Source: Nemertoderma westbladi
Lineage: Eukaryota > Animalia > Xenacoelomorpha
DNA: 64,000 nt
NCBI GenBank assembly: GCA_032718475.1
Contig: JAUCBJ010005520.1
Span: 1 to 64,000, forward strand
Reading direction: 5' to 3'
Within the stretch, counting starts at the first letter, position 1, and each line of letters begins with the position of its first letter. Made by a program: the position numbers and the translations under genes. The notes beneath the pieces are model-generated. The model was not told where the DNA came from, did no database searches, and saw nothing but the letters and a program-made list of their open reading frames with translations. Shown in pieces: positions 42,492-52,759 of this stretch.

Positions 42492-45035
42492 TTGGCTGGA
42501 GTGGTTTCCATACCAACAAACACCCAATCAAGTTTGTTCCCCCGACTTTTGCAAACTCGTTCGTACGACTTTACAAAACTTTGGGAAACAAATCTAATTG
42601 GCTGGAGTGGTTTCTATACCAACAAATACCCAACCAAGCTTGTTCCCCCAACCTTTGCAAACTCGTTTGAACGACTTTACAAAACTCTGGGAAACAAATC
42701 TAATTGGCTGGAGTGGTTTCTATACCAAAAAACACCCAATCATGTTTGTTCCCCCGACTTTTGCAAACTCGTTCGAACGACTTTACAAAACTCTGGGATA
42801 CAAATCTAATTGGCTGGAGTGGTTTCTATACCAAAAAACACCCAATCATGTTTGTTCCCCCGACTTTTGCAAACTCGTTCGTACGACTTTACAAAACTTT
42901 GGGAAACAAATCTAATTGGCTGGAGTGGTTTCTATACCAACAAATACCCAACCAAGCTTGTTCCCCCAACCTTTGCAAACTCGTTTGAACGACTTTACAA
43001 AACTCTGGGAAACAAATCTAATTGGCTGGAGTGGTTTCTATACCAAAAAACACCCAATCATGTTTGTTCCCCCGACTTTTGCAAACTCGTTCGTACGACT
43101 TTACAAAACTTTGGGAAACAAATCTAATTGGCTGGAGTGGTTTCTATACCAACAAACACCCAATCATGTTTGTTTCCACGACTTTTGCAAACTCGTTTGA
43201 ACGACTTTACAAAACTCTGGGATACAAATCTAATTGGCTGGAGTGGTTTCTATACCAACAAATACCCAACCAAGCTTGTTCCCCCAACCTTTGCAAACTC
43301 GTTTGAACGACTTTACAAAACTCTGGGATACAAATCTAATTGGCTGGAGTGGTTTCTATACCAACAAATACCCAACCAAGCTTGTTCCCCCAACCTTTGC
43401 AAACTCGTTTGAACGACTTTACAAAACTCTGGGATACAAATCTAATTGGCTGGAGTGGTTTCTATACCAACAAATACCCAACCAAGCTTGTTCCCCCAAC
43501 CTTTGCAAACTCGTTTGAACGACTTTACAAAACTTTGGGAAACAAATCTAATTGGCTGGAGTGGTTTCTATACCAACAAATACCCAACCAAGCTTGTTCC
43601 CCCAACCTTTGCAAACTCGTTTGAACGACTTTACAAAACTCTGGGATACAAATCTAATTGGCTGGAGTGGTTTCTATACCAACAAATACCCAACCAAGCT
43701 TGTTCCCCCAACCTTTGCAAACTCGTTTGAACGACTTTACAAAACTCTGGGATACAAATCTAATTGGCTGGAGTGGTTTCCATACCAACAAACACCCAAT
43801 CAAGTTTGTTCCCCCGACTTTTGCAAACTCGTTCGTACGACTTTACAAAACTTTGGGAAACAAATCTAATTGGCTGGAGTGGTTTCTATACCAACAAATA
43901 CCCAACCAAGCTTGTTCCCCCAACCTTTGCAAACTCGTTTGAACGACTTTACAAAACTCTGGGAAACAAATCTAATTGGCTGGAGTGGTTTCTATACCAA
44001 AAAACACCCAATCATGTTTGTTCCCCCGACTTTTGCAAACTCGTTCGAACGACTTTACAAAACTCTGGGATACAAATCTAATTGGCTGGAGTGGTTTCTA
44101 TACCAAAAAACACCCAATCATGTTTGTTCCCCCGACTTTTGCAAACTCGTTCGTACGACTTTACAAAACTTTGGGAAACAAATCTAATTGGCTGGAGTGG
44201 TTTCTATACCAACAAATACCCAACCAAGCTTGTTCCCCCAACCTTTGCAAACTCGTTTGAACGACTTTACAAAACTCTGGGAAACAAATCTAATTGGCTG
44301 GAGTGGTTTCTATACCAAAAAACACCCAATCATGTTTGTTCCCCCGACTTTTGCAAACTCGTTCGTACGACTTTACAAAACTTTGGGAAACAAATCTAAT
44401 TGGCTGGAGTGGTTTCTATACCAACAAACACCCAATCATGTTTGTTTCCACGACTTTTGCAAACTCGTTTGAACGACTTTACAAAACTCTGGGATACAAA
44501 TCTAATTGGCTGGAGTGGTTTCTATACCAACAAATACCCAACCAAGCTTGTTCCCCCAACCTTTGCAAACTCGTTTGAACGACTTTACAAAACTCTGGGA
44601 TACAAATCTAATTGGCTGGAGTGGTTTCTATACCAACAAATACCCAACCAAGCTTGTTCCCCCAACCTTTGCAAACTCGTTTGAACGACTTTACAAAACT
44701 CTGGGATACAAATCTAATTGGCTGGAGTGGTTTCTATACCAACAAATACCCAACCAAGCTTGTTCCCCCAACCTTTGCAAACTCGTTTGAACGACTTTAC
44801 AAAACTTTGGGAAACAAATCTAATTGGCTGGAGTGGTTTCTATACCAACAAATACCCAACCAAGCTTGTTCCCCCAACCTTTGCAAACTCGTTTGAACGA
44901 CTTTACAAAACTCTGGGATACAAATCTAATTGGCTGGAGTGGTTTCTATACCAACAAATACCCAACCAAGCTTGTTCCCCCAACCTTTGCAAACTCGTTT
45001 GAACGACTTTACAAAACTCTGGGATACAAATCTAA
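42492..45035 (+). repeat. Tandem duplication of a 1272-bp block (12 monomers)
   Basis: Variant order repeats at +1272 (42492/43764, 43128/44400). Confidence 0.85.
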
Positions 45036-47696
45036 TTGGCTGGAGTGGTTTCTATACCAACAAATACCCAACCAAGCTTGTTCCCCCAACCTTTGCAAAC
45101 TCGTTTGAACGACTTTACAAAACTCTGGGATACAAATCTAATTGGCTGGAGTGGTTTCTATACCAACAAATACCCAACCAAGCTTGTTCCCCCAACCTTT
45201 GCAAACTCGTTTGAACGACTTTACAAAACTCTGGGATACAAATCTAATTGGCTGGAGTGGTTTCTATACCAAAAAACACCCAATCATGTTTGTTCCCCCG
45301 ACTTTTGCAAACTCGTTCGTACGACTTTACAAAACTTTGGGAAACAAATCTAATTGGCTGGAGTGGTTTCTATACCAACAAATACCCAACCAAGCTTGTT
45401 CCCCCAACCTTTGCAAACTCGTTTGAACGACTTTACAAAACTTTGGGAAACAAATCTAATTGGCTGGAGTGGTTTCTATACCAACAAATACCCAACCAAG
45501 CTTGTTCCCCCAACCTTTGCAAACTCGTTTGAACGACTTTACAAAACTCTGGGATACAAATCTAATTGGCTGGAGTGGTTTCTATACCAACAAATACCCA
45601 ACCAAGCTTGTTCCCCCAACCTTTGCAAACTCGTTTGAACGACTTTACAAAACTCTGGGATACAAATCTAATTGGCTGGAGTGGTTTCTATACCAACAAA
45701 TACCCAACCAAGCTTGTTCCCCCAACCTTTGCAAACTCGTTTGAACGACTTTACAAAACTCTGGGATACAAATCTAATTGGCTGGAGTGGTTTCTATACC
45801 AAAAAACACCCAATCATGTTTGTTCCCCCGACTTTTGCAAACTCGTTCGTACGACTTTACAAAACTTTGGGAAACAAATCTAATTGGCTGGAGTGGTTTC
45901 TATACCAACAAATACCCAACCAAGCTTGTTCCCCCAACCTTTGCAAACTCGTTTGAACGACTTTACAAAACTCTGGGATACAAATCTAATTGGCTGGAGT
46001 GGTTTCTATACCAAAAAACACCCAATCATGTTTGTTCCCCCGACTTTTGCAAACTCGTTCGTACGACTTTACAAAACTTTGGGAAACAAATATAATTGGC
46101 TGGAGTGGTTTCTATACCAACAAACACCCAATCAAGTATTATTGTTCCCCCGACTTTTGCAAAGTGTTCGAACGACTTTACAAAACTCGGGGAAACAAAT
46201 CTAATTGGCTGGAGTGGTTTCTATACCAACAAACACCCAATCAAGTATTATTGTTCCCCCAACTTTTGCACACTCGTTCGAACGACTTTACAAAACTCGG
46301 GCAAACAAATCTATTTGGCTGGAGTGGTTTCTATACCAACAAACACCCAATCAAGTATTATTGTTCCCCCGACTTTTTCACACTCGTTCGAACGACTTTG
46401 AAAAACTCTGGGATACAAATCTAATTGGCTGGAGTGGTTTCCATACCAACAAACACGCAATCAAGTATTATTGTTCCCCCAACTTTTGCACACTCGTTCG
46501 AACGACTTTACAAAACTCGGGCAAACAAATCTATTTGGCTGGAGTGGTTTCTAAACCAACAAACACCCAATCAAGTATTATTGTTCCCCCAACTTTTGCA
46601 CACTCGTTCGAACGACTTTACAAAACTCGGGCAAACAAATCTATTTGGCTGGAGTGGTTTCTATACCAACAAACACCCAATCAAGTATTATTGTTCCCCC
46701 GACTTTTGCACACTCGTTCGAACGACTTTACAAAACTCGGGCAAACAAATCTATTTGGCTGGAGTGGTTTCTATACCAACAAACACCCAATCAAGTATTA
46801 TTGTTCCCCCGACTTTTGCACACTCGTTCGAACGACTTTACAAAACTCGGGCAAACAAATCTAATTGGCTGGAGTGGTTTCTATACCAAAAAACACCCAA
46901 TCAAGTTTGTTTCTACGACTTTTGCAAACTCGTTCGAACGACTTTACAAAACTTTGGGAAACAAATCTAATTGGCTGGAGTGGTTTCTATACCAACAAAC
47001 ACCCAACCAAGCTTGTTCCCCCGACCCTTGCAAACTCGTTCGAACGACTTTACAAAACTCGGGGAAACAAATCTAATTGGCTGGAGTGGTTTCTATACCA
47101 ACAAACACCCAATCAAGTATTATTGTTCCCCCGACCTTTGCAAACTCGTTCGAACGACTTTACAAAACTCGGGGAAACATATCTAATTGGCTGGAGTGGT
47201 TTCTATACCAACAAACACCCAATCAAGTATTATTGTTCCCCCGACTTTTGCACACTCGTTCGAACAACTTTACAAAACTCGGGCAAACAAATCTAATTGG
47301 CTGCAGTGGTTTCTATACCAACAAACACCCAACCAAGCTTGTTCACCCGACTTTTGCAAACTCGTTCGAACGACTTTACAAAACTTTGGGAAACAAATCT
47401 AATTGCTGGAGTGGTTTCTATACCAACAAACACCCAACCAAGCTTGTTCCCCCGACTTTTGCAAACTCGTTCGAACGACTTTACAAAACTCGGGGAAACA
47501 AATCTAATTGGCTGGAGTGGTTTCTATACCAAAAAACACCCAATCATGTTTGTTCCCCCGAGTTTTGCAAACTCGTTCGAACGACTTTACAAAACTTTGG
47601 GAAACAAATCTAATTGGCTGGAGTGGTTTCTATACCAAGAAACACCCAATCAAGTTTGTTTCCCCGACTTTTGCAAACTCATTCGAACGACTTTAC

Positions 47697-47774
47697 TTTG
47701 TTGGTATAGAAACCACTCCAGCCAATTAGATTTGTTTCCGTGAATTTTGTAAAGTCATGCGAACGAGTTTGCAA
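47697..47774 (-). repeat. Inverted partial satellite monomer capping the array
   Basis: TTTGTTGGTATAGAAACCACTCCAGCCAATTAGATTTGTTTCC...GAACGAGTTTGCAA is the reverse complement of the monomer, with several substitutions. Confidence 0.95.
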
Positions 47775-48950
47775 TATTGTGTAGTCGTAACCCTGGTGGG
47801 CTCTCCTCTGATTATCGTTGTGGTAATCGGTGACTCATTTGGCAACAGTATAGGGAACTTCTCATTATAGTCCAATTCAGTATAGAGAAATATTGTGTTA
47901 CATCGCTTGACCCCAAGAGGGTCAAGAAACAAGCACAATTTTCTCAATGGATTTCTTCTAACCAGTTTGATGTTCCTTTCCAAATCCTTTATAGTCGACG
48001 CAAAATACTTGGCTTGCAGATGTTTCATTATGATTGTAAACGCCATTTCTTTATAGTCCGCTCTAATCGGTTGGAATCTTATGAAGCTATTATTTTTGAG
48101 TCGGGCATTGCAAAGCATCTTATCCCGTAGGATCATTAGGCTTGCAAGCCTATAAACATTGATATTGAAGGAACCATTTCCAGATAGAATCTTATGGTGT
48201 TCACTATCCGTCGCCGTTCCAACCATTACTGTGTATGCCGTACCTTATTTCTCTTTGTAAGGTTTATTGTCGTTCACTCCTTCTGGTTTCTTCCTTCTAT
48301 GGGGACCGCTGACGATTTCCGATGGCCACTCTTTATCGGGAAGTCTGAGGAAGTCTGGTCCATAGAACCAATAGACGTGTAGCCTTGTCATAAACTCTTC
48401 CAGGAATAATCCATGGCTCGCACAGACCGCTGGGTTCAGTTCGGTAGGAACGTATCTCCATTGTCTAATCTCGGTGAACCTTCTTACTTCTTCTATCCGG
48501 TTTGCTACGAAAGTTACGAAGCGTCTCGATTCGTTTGATAGTTTGCATAGCACCACCTCCGAATCAGAATAGAAGTAATTCCAGTCGATTTTAAATTCCA
48601 ACGCACTGATGACTTCTGCGTGCGCTTTGACTGCCAGTACTGCCTCTGATAACTCCATCCTGGGAACAGTCTGTGTAAATATTTGCGCGGGTCTTGTTCT
48701 AGAATATACTGTACGAGCCTAGTTTGAATAGGCTCCCCCTCCCCACCACACACAACGCAGGTACGAAACGGTTCCATAACTAGATTCGCTAGCATGATGT
48801 AACACATATATTGGATTTTCTGGGATTTCGCAGAAGTAAAAGCGAGGGATCAGTAATTATGTTAGAAGTTCTAGTTGGGAAGTCCATTTAATCCAGTCAG
48901 ACAACAAAGCTGGTGGTAGTTGTTTATCCCAGTCTATTTTAATGAACTAT
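47775..48950 (-). pseudogene. pol: Degenerate BEL/Pao pol fragment (element B): RNase H region to the start of the integrase Zn domain
   Basis: Motifs across frameshifts: IDWDKQLP, IPR, ASESSYGTVSYLR, ELSEAVLA, YFYSDSEVVL, FVANRI, WRYVPTELNPA, WFYGPDFL, KFPILLP, AHQGYDYT. Truncated by the satellite; the right boundary is approximate. Confidence 0.9.
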
Positions 48951-49326
48951 GCAGAAAAGCCAGCAAGCTGGCTATAAGAAGACCGTCCATAGACAACATT
49001 ATATTATAGTGAGTAAACACAACTTTATTACAACTTGGCAAGTAATAATAACACTTATCTGCAGTTTGTGTCTATCCAATCCATTCAATATCATTTCATT
49101 ACTAGGCCCTCACTATGCACCAGCTGCTTTTTCTATCATCATCATTGAGTCTATGGCAATTTTCGTGTTATGGGGCTATTTTTCTTAATACAAAAAAGAC
49201 ACTTTAATAATTTTTCGAAACCTTTTTTCCACATCCAGGGGTTGAGCTACGTCGATTTCATGGACGGCCGAGCTATAGCTTCGGAGGAGTTCACCTGATA
49301 TACATATAAATAAATATAAATATACA

Positions 49327-49331
49327 CCATG
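49327..49331 (+). other. Target-site duplication CCATG (left copy; right copy 63514-63518)
   Basis: The same 5-mer directly flanks both outer LTR ends; 5-bp TSDs are typical for BEL/Pao. Confidence 0.9.
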
Positions 49332-50469
49332 TGTTCGCGCTTTCAGACCTTTAGCAGTTTAATCTGCCAATTTTAGGTGTCCTCTTGTTTATAAATCGAC
49401 TTTAGCCTATAACAAGTATTTAGTGCACATAAAGTTACATTAGCCGAAGCCAGTCTATGCGCGATCATTCACCCACTGTTAAGGGAGACTGGATTCGTGT
49501 GCTTTGAAGTGATTGCGGTGCAGACCTACTGTATTATTCGATTGATCGTTAATATAATCTCTGACAAATATATTTACTTTCGGGGAAATATTAACAGTTC
49601 CTTTAGGACGTGGCGCTTTAACTATATAAACAGAGTTATGACTTATACTAAACACAACGAGATGGCCACTGAGTTTCGTAAATAGCGCATTCTTTAGGAG
49701 ATGCTTTATTATCTTTCACACTACTGCACACGACTTCACACTACTTCACACTGATCTGCCGACCGTCACTGAATTTGATCATATATAAGGAAGATAGCAA
49801 CTGACACATGTAGGGATTATGAAATAGCATTTAATTCACACAAAAACCACTATAATGTAAGTCGCAGTTGCTACAGGTAACCGGTCCCTCTTACCTTCAG
49901 CAATCAAGAAGATTGGGGGTTTTATGATTATTTATCGGTATTCTCCAAATATAACAACATATCCATCAATATACAACAATTAATAACAGACAGTAAACAG
50001 AAGTAAAATAATGCGGTGAAAGTAGCACAGAGTGACACGCAGTGCAGTTTGATATGCAGTTTGCAGTGTTGCTCAGTCAGTTGGTGGCCAGTGTATCCAG
50101 ATAATAGATTTACGTTCTTGTAATCAAAGCCATCTAATGTTTGGCCAAAGTCTGAAACTTCCAAAATCAGAAGTACAGAAGATTTCCAAGCAGGTTCTCT
50201 GGCGCAGAAAGGTAAACAAAGACCGTAATGCATTGCGCGGTTTTACATAGGCCCTTGTCCAACATAAAGTGAAAATCGCTCTGATTGGCTGAGCAGAACA
50301 AAGAGGTTCCACGTTTACAGAAAATCAGCTGACAGATTTCGTCATCTGAGCTCCAGTCTTTTAGAGTATTATGCGCATTGCGGCAAAAATGACTTGTTAT
50401 GTCCGCTAAAGCACCTACACGGTACATTGCGGAGAAAAATGACTTGTTATGTCCGCAAAAGCTTTTACA
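49332..50469 (-). repeat. 3' LTR of element C (1138 bp)
   Basis: Plus strand TGTTCGCGC...GCTTTTACA, direct repeat of 62323-63513. Minus-strand TATA-like box near 49781-49788 and AATAAA at 49710-49705. A short purine-rich GGGAGCAG precedes it (PPT-like). Confidence 0.97.
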
Positions 50470-50548
50470 CTGCTCCCAGAAAAATAGGATTTAATTCTAT
50501 AAAATATATAAAATCACAGTTTCTAAAATATAAAAATACTCTAAACAG

Positions 50549-50881
50549 TTAGTCCTTCTTACGTGAACGGCGTTTACGAAGTTTTTTGAGGCTAGCAAGA
50601 GTCCGTTTCTCTTTGGGGCGAGCCACTTTACTAGGAGGGCTATAACTCCTGGGTGAGGGGTGCAATACAATTGCATCGGAAGGTTTAGGGTTACGGTCGG
50701 TGTATCCGCCGGTCGAGGTACCCGGTTGATCGATATCAACCTCAGTGGAGCGAGGTCGAACAACCTTCAGAGCGCATTTCAAGACAGCAGCTCTTACTGG
50801 TCCCTGACGAGTCGTCTGCACGAGAGCGGTTGGTGGACCGTGAGTAGTGAGAAATTTCCTCAGTTTGATGGTTCTTTCCAA
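50549..50881 (-). CDS. C-terminal segment of element C 3' accessory ORF, with basic tail
   Basis: This frame stays open upstream (RGDLFINSHPELQEVHRQPYENKARERELERTIK) and overlaps the previous ORF. It ends SLKKLRKRRSRKKD. Confidence 0.45.
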   Translation of the reverse strand: MERTIKLRKFLTTHGPPTALVQTTRQGPVRAAVLKCALKVVRPRSTEVDIDQPGTSTGGYTDRNPKPSDAIVLHPSPRSYSPPSKVARPKEKRTLASLKKLRKRRSRKKD

Positions 50882-50946
50882 CTCGCGTTCTCTGGCTTTA
50901 TTTTCATATGGTTGTCTATGAACTTCTTGTAACTCTGGATGCGAGT

Positions 50947-51579
50947 TTATGAATAAGTCACCGCGTGATTTATCAATGGTAGAAACTTTAAACTGTATGT
51001 AAGATCTTCCGGTTTCACCATATAATATTGAGTTAAATTGACATAATAAGGGTGGTCTTTGATCCCATAAAATGAGTTCGGTAAAGGTCTAGCGCGAAGG
51101 TTGACCTTGTGTACCATACGACAGACAAGATCCACTCGATTGTCCGGAGGTTCAACGAGTATACCATCGACACGAGTGGCCTCGATTGGCGGACTTTGTA
51201 ACATAGGAGCGTCAGCGATAAGATCTCGAGATCTTAGGTTGATATCAACCGGTTGGGGTTGTACCGTTGCGAAGAGTTTGTCTCCGAAATGGGGAACCAT
51301 CGAGGGATGAATGATGGTTTTGGAATAGAGATCAGTCATAAGGATTTGAGCTTCTGGTTGGGCTAAAGCTGCTTCTTCTCTCTCATCCATTTCGATGTGT
51401 TTCTCCTCGAGCTGATTTTCCTCCGCTTGTCGTTGGAAGCGTTCGTCTAAAAACTCTTGTAGAGAATAGGTTCGTCCAAGTTCGATGTCTTCCTCGAGGT
51501 TCTGGATTTCTCGATTGAACTGGGGTAAGGCCAATTCCTTTACTGCTTGGACTTGCTGCCGCAATTTACGTTTCTCCAA
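50947..51579 (-). CDS. Middle segment of element C 3' accessory ORF
   Basis: 210-aa ORF whose frame extends upstream (NVKIGKGTYDCLEKRK) to overlap the end of the 384-aa ORF at an A4 run. Confidence 0.55.
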   Translation of the reverse strand: MEKRKLRQQVQAVKELALPQFNREIQNLEEDIELGRTYSLQEFLDERFQRQAEENQLEEKHIEMDEREEAALAQPEAQILMTDLYSKTIIHPSMVPHFGDKLFATVQPQPVDINLRSRDLIADAPMLQSPPIEATRVDGILVEPPDNRVDLVCRMVHKVNLRARPLPNSFYGIKDHPYYVNLTQYYMVKPEDLTYSLKFLPLINHAVTYS

Positions 51580-51604
51580 ACAATCGTAAGTTCCTTTTCC
51601 AATC

Positions 51605-52759
51605 TTAACGTTTTACAATCATAGCGTCTAACGCGTTTCGTACAACGCTCTCCTCGATTTCAGTGACGGGTTGTATCGGGGGTAAACCGGGATGATTATA
51701 CGGGTTGAACGGCGATATTAGATGTCCGCGTCCCAATCCGGCGAGGTATGATGGGCGAATATCTAGAGAGCCCACTACCGGAGTGCCACCGATTAATTGT
51801 TCGGGTAACACGAGATCTTTGAACAGTGAGTAAAGTTCAGGAGGATCCGTTATACTATTAGGATCAAGAGTTTGAGGTCTCACTAGGGAATGAGGAGGTC
51901 TGGCCGAGTATTCCGGAGCTCTGATCATCGGTTTAATTAAGGATCGTTTGAGTCGAGCGAGCGTAGGTGATACGTCGAACAAGTTTCGCTCGAAACTCCC
52001 GTAAGTATAGCGAGTAAAACTGTGTTTAGCACAACATCTCCGCGGATGTTTATGTCTTTCCGTTTGTTGGTTGGGTCTAGGGCATTCATCGCAATAATAC
52101 CAAAGACGCACGTCTTGTAGAGGAAACGCGGGTGATCTTTCTCCAGTTTTACAATATTCCTCCATCTGTTCGAAGCTATCCGGGACAACAGGTAGAGGTC
52201 GATCGGCGGTAAGATACATCATAGTGAAATAGAGTCGTTTGAGTTCCATCATAGGGTCTTGATGTATACCTTGAGGATATCGAGTTTCTAGATTTTGTTG
52301 ACTGGTTACATTGATATATGTTTCTCTCAAGAATTCCAAGTATTCGTTGAAGTCACTGCGTTTATCCGGCTCTTCAACGTCTTCTCTTTCGAGTCGGTTT
52401 CGAATAGAATTCTCGTGTTCGATTCTCGGTTTATCGTTCCGACTCCACTGGGTATGATATTTAAATAGAACCATTTCCCTTTCGGTGTCTACATCGTCCG
52501 TATCGTGTAAATCGATAGGATGACCAGTAGTTAAGAAGTCTATATACGTACCATTACGATGCATATAGCGAGCGGTGAATTTTCTATAGTCCAATTCACG
52601 CGTGAGTTGTTCCTTTGACATTGGCGGTTCGATATAACGGCCATCGTCCTCCATAGTAGTTTGACTAGCGTCGCCGCGTATTAAGCTATCAACAAACGCT
52701 TGCAATGGTAGGGTATATCGCTCCCTGATACCAAGATCATCTTCTATCAACTCAGTCAT
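51605..52759 (-). CDS. Hypothetical protein, N-terminal segment of element C 3' accessory ORF
   Basis: 384-aa ATG-initiated ORF, sense to the element, with globular-protein composition and a CxxC...HxH...CCxxH cluster. No family recognised. Confidence 0.65.
   Translation of the reverse strand: MTELIEDDLGIRERYTLPLQAFVDSLIRGDASQTTMEDDGRYIEPPMSKEQLTRELDYRKFTARYMHRNGTYIDFLTTGHPIDLHDTDDVDTEREMVLFKYHTQWSRNDKPRIEHENSIRNRLEREDVEEPDKRSDFNEYLEFLRETYINVTSQQNLETRYPQGIHQDPMMELKRLYFTMMYLTADRPLPVVPDSFEQMEEYCKTGERSPAFPLQDVRLWYYCDECPRPNQQTERHKHPRRCCAKHSFTRYTYGSFERNLFDVSPTLARLKRSLIKPMIRAPEYSARPPHSLVRPQTLDPNSITDPPELYSLFKDLVLPEQLIGGTPVVGSLDIRPSYLAGLGRGHLISPFNPYNHPGLPPIQPVTEIEESVVRNALDAMIVKR

Larger units (their letters stand above)
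5643..47696 (+). repeat. Satellite DNA array, 106-bp monomer, ~396 copies
   Basis: Consensus approx. TTGGCTGGAGTGGTTTCTATACCAA(C/A)AAACACCCAA(TCATGT/CCAAGC)TTGTTCCCCCGAC(T/C)TTTGCAA(A/T)CTCGTTCGAACGAC(T/G)TTACAAAACTTTGGGAAACAAATCTAA. Monomer starts step by 106 from 5699 to 47614, with occasional 105/107/110-bp units. Confidence 0.99.

Noticed and set aside
5643-47696. CRISPR array (palindromic repeats at regular spacing)
   Set aside because: No unique spacers, since the whole 106 bp is repeated. No cas genes, and the context is eukaryotic.
5614-47743. Hundreds of overlapping ~105-aa ORFs as a tandem gene family or giant repeat protein
   Set aside because: 106 is not a multiple of 3 and the plus strand has one TAA per monomer, so every ORF spans three monomers in three frames. 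Starts are mostly TTG, and variants create stops and indels freely.
1-48950. Elements A and B as one retrotransposon split by the satellite
   Set aside because: On the minus strand B's pol lies upstream of A's LTR and gag, which is the wrong order, and B's integrase does not resume left of the array.
49928-50233. Duplicated small gene (also 62921-63220)
   Set aside because: The similarity is just the LTR duplication; the N-termini differ by indels and there are no coding hallmarks.
50549-52759. env gene
   Set aside because: No signal peptide, hydrophobic transmembrane segment or glycoprotein-like Cys pattern is visible.
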